A DNA stretch of 16,971 bases from Candidatus Bathyarchaeia archaeon (GTDB lineage: Archaea > Thermoproteota > Bathyarchaeia > Bathyarchaeales > Bathycorpusculaceae): the NCBI GenBank assembly GCA_050015395.1, contig JBEKBM010000039.1, positions 1 through 16,971 of the forward strand, written 5' to 3'. Position numbers and translations under genes: made by a program. Under the pieces are notes generated by a model. The model was not told the origin of the DNA. It ran no database searches and worked only from the letters and a program-made list of their open reading frames with translations. Below, one piece after another: positions 1 to 7,957 of the stretch. Position 1 is the first letter of the stretch. Every line of letters starts with the position of its first letter.

Positions 1-1
1 G

Positions 2-76
2 CTACTCAACGCAGTTGCTGCATTTCGATTAAACAGGGTAGAAAAAGCACGGTCCATAACCTTACTCGCAAGATGA
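2..76 (+). CDS. 3' end of a gene running in from the left edge, possibly a DDE transposase C-terminus
   Basis: Frame 2 reads LLNAVAAFRLNRVEKARSITLLAR* (TGA 74-76), reminiscent of archaeal IS4/IS5-like transposase tails. Only 24 aa are visible, so support is weak. Confidence 0.3.
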   Translation, partial: LLNAVAAFRLNRVEKARSITLLAR

Positions 77-481
77 GCAGAAACTAAACACAAAAATGCT
101 AAATTAGCAACGCACTGGCGCGCTTCGCTTTCCACAATAATCGCATGGTCAGGTCAAGCATGGATCGCCACAGAACTAATGTTTCTCAAAGTCGCTTAAA
201 GGAGCGCAGCAGCCGTCAAACACGCGCTGAAAGCCAAAATTGAAGTGAAATTCTGAAATAAGCAGAGTGCTGGCTTACGCAGTTAATTTATCGTGTTTTT
301 CTGTTGTTTTTGCACTTCCTTTTAACTATAAGTTAACAATAGCCATACCCATGATTGATTTAGCTGAATCTTGTGATGCTTGCGGAAAGCCTATTGGAAG
401 AAGCTTTAAGCACTCCAAAATGCCAGGTACTGGTTCCATAATTGAGAATGCAGTTAAGTCCGACTTTAATACTCAATAATT

Positions 482-497
482 CACCAAAAATATATAA
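482..497 (+). promoter_or_regulatory. Putative BRE/TATA promoter for the large surface protein
   Basis: CACCAAAAATATATAA lies ~100 nt upstream of TTG 594, with an SD-like GAGGT at 581-585. Confidence 0.4.
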
Positions 498-593
498 CGA
501 TACTGTACGTAGCCTAATCACCATACAGATGAGAACAGGAAGGGAACGTTCTTTCTTGGTAAGCTATTGATTGCACCATTGAGGTAATAAAAA

Positions 594-3581
594 TTGAGGA
601 AAATTAGAGGAAAAAAATTCACCACTCTTTTCCTCCTTGTTTTGCTTTGTTTCTCAATGGTTGCTGGGCTGTTTAAGACTCCGTTAATTTCTATTCCTGA
701 AGTTCATGCTGCCGGAGGTAATTCTTCGCTGATAGGGAGTCTGGAAACAATCGTTAACTCAGTCAATTACACCAGCGACATAGACGCTATTTATCAAGGC
801 ATGATTGTGGGAGAAACAACTTTGCAACAATTAATAAATGCTTACAATGCTTTGCCGACAGAGTCTTTTTCTGGTAGTGATTGTAACAGTTTGCAAATTG
901 CGTCAGAGGTTTTGTATTGGACTCCTATCCTTGCAAAACTTGGGTACACAAATGAAACAACGATAGAATGGGCTTTAAACAGTCAAGCGATGATGAGCGA
1001 CGGTTTGCCGTACTGCTATAACGATGGTTCTTCGAAGGCGTTCCTTGTTTACGACAGATACTTGATACTTGGCTATGGCTACGCAATTCAGTACAACTAT
1101 GAATTGTCTAAATGGAATTTGACGCAGGCGTATGACAGCTTTAAAGCTGCCGTGACAGCCAGCACGTATCCAGCACTTCTGTGGATAGACCAAGATGGAG
1201 CTCCTTACACGATAAGCTATGGCCCAAGATATTATGATGAATGCGGAGAAACTATTAATGCATTCTTAGATTTCTACAATTTAGGCATAACTTCAGCACT
1301 CAATGATGCCGTAACTACCTGGCTTTGGACAAACAACAACCTTTGGAGTGGAACACATTACAACTATGCCTTAAATTGGAAGGGTTACGAATGTGAAGCT
1401 GGGGGATTCTTGCAAGTAGCATTACTTCTATGGCATGAAGACCCATCTCTTGCAGATGTTAACAATCCATTGGCTGATATTGAAAATAGGTTTCTTCAAG
1501 AACAATGGCTCAGTCCACAATGGACCCCTATGTTGGGGGGACCTTCAAGTTATGTAGTTGTCCATATGGCTTCAGGTAATCCGCAGCTTAGGCTTGAAAA
1601 CACAGTGATGGCTTGGGCTGCAATACTTGGAAGCTATGGCGAGTTAAATAGCATCTACCAATCTGACGTACAAAGCATGTTGGCAGGAGCGTCTCCAGCA
1701 TGGTTGGAGCTTCTGCAAAGCCCTCTATGTGGTTCTAATTTTCCATATTTCTCAGAGCATTCTGATTCTGGAACAAGCAACGATGCTACAGCTACAGGAG
1801 CCGATTTACTATTCATGCTTGGAATTGTTCCGCAAACCGCTGTTCTGGCTGTTCCTCTAGAAGAAAACTTGTACGAGTACATTTACAATATACTCGATCC
1901 TGACCTGTTCAACATAAACCTAACTACTAATGTCGTTACAGTATCTTTAGCTACAGCAGGAACTTTGAACTTTCAATTCAATCAGACAGTGACTGGCAGT
2001 TTCAGTACGTCTGGAATTTACACTGTGCAATTCTCGTCTAATTGGAACACTATATTGAGCATTACTTTCGTATCTACGCTGCCGTCAAACAGGCAGTACA
2101 TGTACACAACACCTCCTTCATATTACATAACTTCTTCTGTTGATTCTAATTCAATTATCAGTCCTTCAGGTAATGTGATGGTAAATGCAAGCTTTGCGCA
2201 GACATTCACGTATTCAGCAAAAAGTGGCTACATCATAGCTTGTGTTCTTGTGGACGGTTTTCCTGTTCCAATAACAGGCAGCTACACTTTCAACAATGTC
2301 CAAGCAAACCATACAATTTCAGTGACAAGCGCGGTGAATCCTACTATTACTGCTTTTGCTGGAGCTAACGGCGTTATCAGTCCAAGCGGCTCTGTAAGCG
2401 TCGACTATGGCGATAGTCAAGATTTCTCTATAACGCCAGATAGCGACTATTACATTGCGAGCATAATGATTGATGGTGGCCCGGTGACGGTTATTTCGCC
2501 TTCTGGCCAAACGGTTAACTTCACCAATGTAGAGGCTTCCCACACGTTAACTGCGACTTTTTCAGTTGACACGTTCACTGTTACTGCTTCTGCTGGAGCT
2601 AATGGCGCTATCAGTCCGACTGGAAGTGTTTCTGTCAACTATGGCGGCAGTCAGACTTTCACTATTACTCCGAATGCTGGTTATCATATTACGAGTATAA
2701 CTGCTAATGGTGCGCCGGTGACTGTTACTTCGCCTTCGGGTCAGACTTATCAATTTAGTGCGGTTTCAGCTGACAGTTCGTTGACCGCGACTTTCGCGAT
2801 TAACACGTATACGATTACTGTTACTCAGACTGCTAACGGTGTTATTGCTCCTGGTACGAGCACTTTTAATTATGGTGCTACTTCGAGCTTCAGCATTACG
2901 CCTGCTACTGACTACTACATCGCGAGCATAACTGTTGATGGTTCTTCGGTGGCGGTTACTTCATCTTCGGGTCAAACGGTTAGCTTCACCGATGTTCAGG
3001 CAACTCACACGATTACTGCGAGCTTTGCGATTGACACTTTCAATATTATTGCTTCTGCTGCTAATGGCGCTATCAGCCCGATTGGAAGTGTTTCCGTCAA
3101 TTATGGCGGCAGTCAAAGTTTCACTATAACGGCGAGTGCTGGCTACCATATTGCTGATGTCGTTGTGGACGGTGTTTCTCAGGGCGCGGTTTCATCTTAC
3201 ACCTTCACCAATGTCCAAGCTGATCACACGATCACTGCAAGCTTTGCGATTAACACCTTCAATATTACTGCTTCTGCTGGAGCTGGCGGTTCTATCAGCC
3301 CAAGTGAATCGATTAGCGTTAACTATGGTGACAATCAAACTTTCAAAATAACGGCGAATACTGGTTATTACATAGTTGATGTTACGGTGAATGGAAGTTC
3401 AGTTGGCGCTGTTAGCTCGTACACCTTCACCAATGTTCAGGCTGCATACACCATCTCGGCAACGTTTGCACTAACACCAACAATCTATGGAATAGCGGTT
3501 GCCGTAGCCATTGTGGCAATCGTTGCAGTTGTACTTGTATTAAGAAAAAGCAAGAAAAGCAAAAGCCAAGGCCCGCAATAA
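594..3581 (+). CDS. Membrane-anchored secreted surface protein: putative helical enzyme-like N-terminal domain plus six InlB-B-like repeats
   Basis: Basic N-terminus followed by a hydrophobic signal peptide (VHA-A cleavage-like). A ~400-aa Trp/Tyr/Asp/Glu-rich domain, six ~75-aa beta repeats, then a C-terminal TM helix (IYGIAVAVAIVAIVAVVLVL) and basic tail RKSKKSK. Many NxS/T sequons. Confidence 0.9.
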   Translation: MRKIRGKKFTTLFLLVLLCFSMVAGLFKTPLISIPEVHAAGGNSSLIGSLETIVNSVNYTSDIDAIYQGMIVGETTLQQLINAYNALPTESFSGSDCNSLQIASEVLYWTPILAKLGYTNETTIEWALNSQAMMSDGLPYCYNDGSSKAFLVYDRYLILGYGYAIQYNYELSKWNLTQAYDSFKAAVTASTYPALLWIDQDGAPYTISYGPRYYDECGETINAFLDFYNLGITSALNDAVTTWLWTNNNLWSGTHYNYALNWKGYECEAGGFLQVALLLWHEDPSLADVNNPLADIENRFLQEQWLSPQWTPMLGGPSSYVVVHMASGNPQLRLENTVMAWAAILGSYGELNSIYQSDVQSMLAGASPAWLELLQSPLCGSNFPYFSEHSDSGTSNDATATGADLLFMLGIVPQTAVLAVPLEENLYEYIYNILDPDLFNINLTTNVVTVSLATAGTLNFQFNQTVTGSFSTSGIYTVQFSSNWNTILSITFVSTLPSNRQYMYTTPPSYYITSSVDSNSIISPSGNVMVNASFAQTFTYSAKSGYIIACVLVDGFPVPITGSYTFNNVQANHTISVTSAVNPTITAFAGANGVISPSGSVSVDYGDSQDFSITPDSDYYIASIMIDGGPVTVISPSGQTVNFTNVEASHTLTATFSVDTFTVTASAGANGAISPTGSVSVNYGGSQTFTITPNAGYHITSITANGAPVTVTSPSGQTYQFSAVSADSSLTATFAINTYTITVTQTANGVIAPGTSTFNYGATSSFSITPATDYYIASITVDGSSVAVTSSSGQTVSFTDVQATHTITASFAIDTFNIIASAANGAISPIGSVSVNYGGSQSFTITASAGYHIADVVVDGVSQGAVSSYTFTNVQADHTITASFAINTFNITASAGAGGSISPSESISVNYGDNQTFKITANTGYYIVDVTVNGSSVGAVSSYTFTNVQAAYTISATFALTPTIYGIAVAVAIVAIVAVVLVLRKSKKSKSQGPQ
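2121..3473 (+). repeat. Six tandem ~73-78-aa intragenic repeats (divergent InlB B-repeat / Flg_new-like)
   Basis: Repeated consensus TITASAGANGxISPxGSVSVNYGxSQxFTITxxxGYxIxxVxVDG...YTFTNVQAxHTITASFA, also visible at DNA level (e.g. ttcaccaatgt, tcaatattattgcttctgctg / tcaatattactgcttctgctg). Confidence 0.85.
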
Positions 3582-3920
3582 ACTGGAAAACTGCAAAAGC
3601 AGCTAAATTCGCTTTCCGCAATACTCGCCTTTTTTCTTTTATCTATTTCGAGACTTTCGGATGCACACAAGGAAAAAACAATCTGTTCTTCCCTTTGACA
3701 GTTATTCATCAAGCATCTACGGGAATTTTTCCAGCGAGCACTTCTCAGGATTAAGTCAAAACAAACAACTTGTTTTGTTGGTTAACTTTAACAGTACCCG
3801 TCTGTTCATGCCTTTAGAGTCAATTCTATTATCTCGTTTAGGAGGCGAAAAGATGGCAAAATATCTGCAACTTCATTTGTACCAAGAGCCCGTAGAAGTA
3901 CTTTATCATTAAGCTGAACC

Positions 3921-4130
3921 TTAGAGAAGCTTTAACTTTTTTTCTATGAGTACAAATATAATGTATACCAAGACCCCTAGAACCAATAAGATTAGACCTA
4001 GAAGTTTGGATATCTCAAATATCGAGTACACCCCAAAAGCAAGAAGGATCAGCCCTGCGATACCCATGATTCCAAGAAGGATTAGCACTTTTTCGCTAAC
4101 AACTTTCTTTTGACTCGTTTGTTTAGTCAT
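3921..4130 (-). CDS. Small two-TM membrane protein
   Basis: 69 aa with ATG start and two hydrophobic helices flanked by Lys. TATA-like TTTATATT ~40 nt upstream on the minus strand. Confidence 0.75.
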   Translation of the reverse strand: MTKQTSQKKVVSEKVLILLGIMGIAGLILLAFGVYSIFEISKLLGLILLVLGVLVYIIFVLIEKKLKLL

Positions 4131-4392
4131 TTTTTAACTCTTCTCAACGCACACTTTTTGAATCAATGCGAATATAAACTAATAATGGTTTTGGGTTTGG
4201 AGTTAAATTTTTATTTTTTTTCTCTCTCACGCACCCGCATACACACACTACGTGCCCCCTTACCTGCCCGCGTATTGTCAACTAGTCACTTATACCCTCC
4301 CTCGGTCTCTGTCTCAGTCGCACACACCAAATAAAAAACACATATAAAATATAACTTACACACAACACATAATAGAATTCTTGGTGGCAAAA

Positions 4393-4611
4393 ATGGTTGA
4401 TTCAGATAATCCAGATATTGGGATGTTAGTGACATCTATAGGAGTGATTTTAGCTATAATAGGTTTTATTTTGTTTCTGATTTTTGCGGTTGTTAATCCA
4501 TCTCTCCATTCAGGTGCGCCAATTCAAATTCAAAAAGTCTATGCTGGAGTTGGATTCATTATTTTCGGTCTTATTCTAATACCTATTGGAGCTTTTATTT
4601 CAAAACGATAG
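4393..4611 (+). CDS. Small two-TM membrane protein
   Basis: Two hydrophobic segments. ATG 4393 is preceded by SD-like GGTGG (4383-4387), so it is preferred over TTG 4381. Confidence 0.7.
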   Translation: MVDSDNPDIGMLVTSIGVILAIIGFILFLIFAVVNPSLHSGAPIQIQKVYAGVGFIIFGLILIPIGAFISKR

Positions 4612-4794
4612 TTACAAAATTATGATTCTGGGATTCTATATTTCTCTTTCATTTCTAGATACATTTCAAAGCACATCTGGCTCTGCCTGTTCTGAAGGCT
4701 TCTGAGCTTGAGCAGCATTGAGGGTCATTTTACCATGAACGTTCTGCCAGTCGAGCCAAATTTTGATTTGGGGTAGATGTGGGACTAAATTTTG

Positions 4795-4808
4795 AAAAAC
4801 TTTATTAG
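4795..4808 (+). promoter_or_regulatory. Putative BRE/TATA promoter
   Basis: GAAAAACTTTATTA lies ~40 nt upstream of ATG 4846. Confidence 0.45.
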
Positions 4809-4845
4809 CTTAAAGGTTTCTTCATAGTTTTTTAACGTGTTGGGA

Positions 4846-5808
4846 ATGAAGGCTAATTTGAAAAAGACCATAGGTATAGTAATTCTTACAGTCTTAACGT
4901 TAGCTGCGTTTAGTATGTTGTTGGGTCCAAGTGTGAGAGCGGACACTTCGGAAGTTAAGATTCTCAGTTACAGTTGGTACGTTGCTCCTGCGAACACTGT
5001 TCTGGCAATGTACGCTGATGATCTGGTTGCTGTCGGCGAGATAGAAAACGTGGGTTCAAACGTCATAGGGACCGCGGTTATTTCAGGAAACGCTTACAAC
5101 TCTACGGATGGGTTTTTAGCTCAGAACGAAGCTCGAGCTTTTATAACTAATGGTCTGCTTCCTGGGCAGAAGGTTCCTTTCTACATAGATTTTCCCCCTC
5201 AGGATAGCGTTACTCAGGATCAAAGCTGGGTTCCGTCGGTTACCAATGTTACTGTTGAAGCAACTTACGTTACTGATACTAATGCGACTCAATATTCAGG
5301 TTTGACGTCAACTGGAGTTAGCGCTTCTAACGTTGATGGCATGTTCACTGTTGCAGGAACTGTTCAGAACACTGGCAGCGAGACGGCAAATAATGTTTTT
5401 GTTGACACTACGTTTTATAATTCTTCCGGGTCAGTTGTAGGTTTGAATTTAACGAGTTACTTTTCACTTGCGCCTGGTGGGTCTGAGCCGTTCACGGCAA
5501 CGCCCGCGGATAATACAGTTCAGTTATCAAGTGAAATAACAAGTTATTCTTTACTGGTTCAGTATGAGACGGTAACGACTTCTGCGACATCTCCACCTGC
5601 GACATCTTCACCACCGCCTACTTCTCCATCTGCCTCAACGCAGCCTACACAATCTCCAGCTCCTATTTCTTCGGGAATGATATATGCCGTGGCAAGCGCG
5701 ATAGGGGTAATTGTAGTTGTCCTTGCCGCTTTGCTGCTACTTAGAAAGCGCCACAAGAATGCTCAGTTTGAGCCACCGCCTCCACCACCTCCACCGCCTC
5801 CACCTTGA
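4846..5808 (+). CDS. FxLYD-domain surface protein with C-terminal TM anchor and poly-proline tail
   Basis: Signal peptide (VRA-D) and two Ig-like units with the GxVxNxG...YNSxG pattern (GEIENVG...AYNSTDG; GTVQNTG...FYNSSG). S/T/P linker, TM helix, RKRHK, then 11 Pro. Start is ATG 4846 or GTG 4837. Confidence 0.85.
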   Translation: MKANLKKTIGIVILTVLTLAAFSMLLGPSVRADTSEVKILSYSWYVAPANTVLAMYADDLVAVGEIENVGSNVIGTAVISGNAYNSTDGFLAQNEARAFITNGLLPGQKVPFYIDFPPQDSVTQDQSWVPSVTNVTVEATYVTDTNATQYSGLTSTGVSASNVDGMFTVAGTVQNTGSETANNVFVDTTFYNSSGSVVGLNLTSYFSLAPGGSEPFTATPADNTVQLSSEITSYSLLVQYETVTTSATSPPATSSPPPTSPSASTQPTQSPAPISSGMIYAVASAIGVIVVVLAALLLLRKRHKNAQFEPPPPPPPPPPP

Positions 5809-5971
5809 ACGGTCGAATCCCAACTTATCACGACACCATAAACATTCAAAGTGTGTAAGTGCAGGTTGTCTCTGTTGACGGGTGAAGTATTAACTTGTCG
5901 CTTCATGCTTCTTAAACTCTGAGACAGCGCATTTGCTGGCATCATATGTTACCCGTGAATTACTGAATCGG

Positions 5972-5987
5972 ACAAAAGTTATTATAA
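5972..5987 (+). promoter_or_regulatory. Putative BRE/TATA promoter upstream of a ~100-nt leader of the NDT-family gene
   Basis: ACAAAAGTTATTATAA is an A-rich BRE-like stretch followed by a TATA-like box. Confidence 0.45.
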
Positions 5988-6110
5988 CTGACCAACTCTG
6001 TATAGCGAATTATGTAATTAGCGGAGAGAACACTTTGTGATTTTGCTGATGACTACCCCTCCACCGAAGGTTCTCCTTGGGGACACTATTCTACGGTTGG
6101 TTGGTGCGAC

Positions 6111-6521
6111 ATGAAAAAGCAAGTGTTTATATCTGGCCCCATTCTGGGCATGGAAAACAATCAAGGCTACCGTGAAAAAATCACTGACATTCTTGTCAGG
6201 ATGGGATTTGACGTCATTAATCCTTGGCTTCGTGAAAAAATCCTCTACAAGGGAAATGAGAAGTGCTGGTGGGGTAAGGTTCCGACATTCGACTTTATCC
6301 AGAGAGACTTAGACGATGCCGACAGATGCGACATAATGGTTGTTTATATGCCAATATTGTCGGCAGGAGCGTGCATGGAGCTATTTTACGCCAAGCGTAA
6401 AGGCAAGAAAATCATTTTGGTATCGGAAATGGAGTGCTTAAGCCCTTGGATTATAGCGCATTCCGACATGATTGTCAAAAGTCTCAATCAGCTTGAAGAT
6501 GCAATGAAAAAAATTCAATAG
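6111..6521 (+). CDS. Nucleoside 2-deoxyribosyltransferase / RCL-like N-glycosidase family protein
   Basis: Motifs VFISGPI, RDLDDADRCDIMVVYM and SAGACMELFYAKRKGK, including the family's catalytic Glu. Confidence 0.85.
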   Translation: MKKQVFISGPILGMENNQGYREKITDILVRMGFDVINPWLREKILYKGNEKCWWGKVPTFDFIQRDLDDADRCDIMVVYMPILSAGACMELFYAKRKGKKIILVSEMECLSPWIIAHSDMIVKSLNQLEDAMKKIQ

Positions 6522-6694
6522 GATACTACGCATCAATTCTTAATTTTATTTAGTTATGATGATTTAGAGGACAACTGATTTTGCGGAGGATGAGTGCTAT
6601 ATTGTTGGTTAGGCGCAGTCACACAGTCTTAATAATTATCTTGCATGCCTATTTACTTGTTTTGGAGAACATTTTTTGGTTGGAGGTGAATTGT

Positions 6695-6849
6695 TTGACA
6701 GAAGATCCTTGTAGAAGAGAACCGAAAATTACAGTACCAGAACCTGAAATGACTAAAGATAACAAGTTCAAGTGTCCTCTGGACCAAGCGATATACGATA
6801 ACAAAAAGGATATGAGAAGCATTGTAAAGAAGAGCACGATGTGCTTTGA
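6695..6849 (+). pseudogene. Small C2H2-like (C-x2-D..H-x4-H) zinc-finger gene split by a -1 frameshift
   Basis: Strong SD GGAGGTGA (6682-6689) before TTG 6695. Frame 0 gives ...FKCPLDQAIYDNKK; the -1 frame continues GYEKHCKEEHDVL* (TGA 6847-6849), completing canonical finger spacing. Confidence 0.6.
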
Positions 6850-6944
6850 AAATTTGCAAAAATGTAAGCCAGAATCTTACGTCTAAGTTGTTGCTAGGCA
6901 AATTTAGAAGCGTGTGGTTGAGCAGATTGTTTTAGTGCTTAAGG

Positions 6945-7106
6945 TTATCTTATTGCTTCGTCTATCTTTGAGTCTCGTTTAGTTCTAGTGACTTCCTTGA
7001 AGAGCTCCAAACACTCTTCCTTAGTTGGCGCTTCGATACCTATGCTGCCATAAGCCCCTATGTCAATTCTATATTTTCTCCTCTCTCTATCTTCTCCTTG
7101 GCTCAT
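6945..7106 (-). CDS. Small hypothetical protein, 53 aa (absent from the ORF track)
   Basis: Hand translation MSQGEDRERRKYRIDIGAYGSIGIEAPTKEECLELFKEVTRTKRDSKIDEAIR*. Purine-rich SD AGGAGAGGGGGAG directly upstream; co-oriented downstream of the DUF2110 gene. Confidence 0.65.
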   Translation of the reverse strand: MSQGEDRERRKYRIDIGAYGSIGIEAPTKEECLELFKEVTRTKRDSKIDEAIR

Positions 7107-7172
7107 GACTTCTCCCCCTCTCCTATTATCCTTATTCGGATAATAAATTATGATAACTAATAATGATACTAT

Positions 7173-7955
7173 TTATAAGCTTAATGCCAGTTCACCGATA
7201 AAACCAATGATTTTCTTGGGATTAAAAACACTAAACCCCGCATTCCTCATGTACCTACCGATTTTCGGAATCAAACCAGTCGCGTCCGTCCCAAGCTTGC
7301 AGGTTAAAGCGTGCTCAAACAATCCTAACGCCTCCGTGCCAATAACATCCCTGTTTAGCCTTGTCCGTTCAAGCGTCGTTTCTATCTGGCTAAGTGATGC
7401 ACCTAAAACTATTAGCCGGTCTAAAAGAGACTGCTGCCATAAACGCATTTTTTCGATTTGAACCATCGATAATTCCGCTTGCAACAACTTGTCTTCCTCA
7501 CCGTTTAAGCAAGTTGCTTTGACGCTTAATGGTAAATTCGCGTGGAAGCCATAGACTTCCGAGATTTTCTTTAAATCAACTTTTTTGCCATCCGCAAGTT
7601 GGGCTTGTAAATATGCCAAGGGTATGGTTGCTTGGATTATCTTTGGCTCAAAAATGCCCACATCTACCTTTAATTCTTGTTTGTCAGTGTCAACTTTAGA
7701 AATGTATCCCTTTAAAACAGAAAACTTTTCTACGTTCTTTATGTTTATTGGGCAGGTGCCTATTTCCTTGTTGATATAGCTTGTAGCTATGACTTCGTCT
7801 TCTCCTGAAAGGGAAACTTGAACCCACCTGTTAACGGGATTGCCTAAAACTTTTACCTCTAAATCCAAGTTCTCAAACTCAGATTTCAACAAGTCATCTA
7901 CCTGTTTTAGTTGCCCAGCATTCGAAGCTTTAACTAGCAATGTTAAGGTCGCCAT
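7173..7955 (-). CDS. DUF2110-family conserved archaeal protein
   Basis: 260 aa with WVQVSLSGEDE, VDVGI, DRLIVLG, RDVIGTEALGLFEHALTCKLGTDATGLIPKIG motifs. Starts 2 nt after the HDIG gene, the usual tfe-HDIG-DUF2110 context. Confidence 0.85.
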   Translation of the reverse strand: MATLTLLVKASNAGQLKQVDDLLKSEFENLDLEVKVLGNPVNRWVQVSLSGEDEVIATSYINKEIGTCPINIKNVEKFSVLKGYISKVDTDKQELKVDVGIFEPKIIQATIPLAYLQAQLADGKKVDLKKISEVYGFHANLPLSVKATCLNGEEDKLLQAELSMVQIEKMRLWQQSLLDRLIVLGASLSQIETTLERTRLNRDVIGTEALGLFEHALTCKLGTDATGLIPKIGRYMRNAGFSVFNPKKIIGFIGELALSL

Positions 7956-7957
7956 TT

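Noticed and set aside
267-479. 70-aa ORF with CDAC motif
   Set aside because: Single CxxC, weak GTG start, no family resemblance.
975-3712. Short antisense/out-of-frame ORFs over the surface-protein gene (likewise those over the DUF2110, HDIG, ApeA, RM and hflX genes)
   Set aside because: Shadow ORFs of well-supported genes.
6023-6084. Glycine or fluoride riboswitch
   Set aside because: GGAGAGA/CACCGAAGG and GCTGATGACT match only parts. The CTCTCAGG and GGCGATGG-GTTCGCC cores are absent.
6581-6886. 101-aa ORF as called by the track
   Set aside because: The SD indicates a start at 6695, and the zinc-finger C-terminus lies in the -1 frame.
7133-7158. Xer dif-like site TATTCGGATAA-TAAA-TTATGATAACT
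   Set aside because: The spacer is 4 bp rather than 6 bp, and the AT-rich intergenic context makes a chance match likely.
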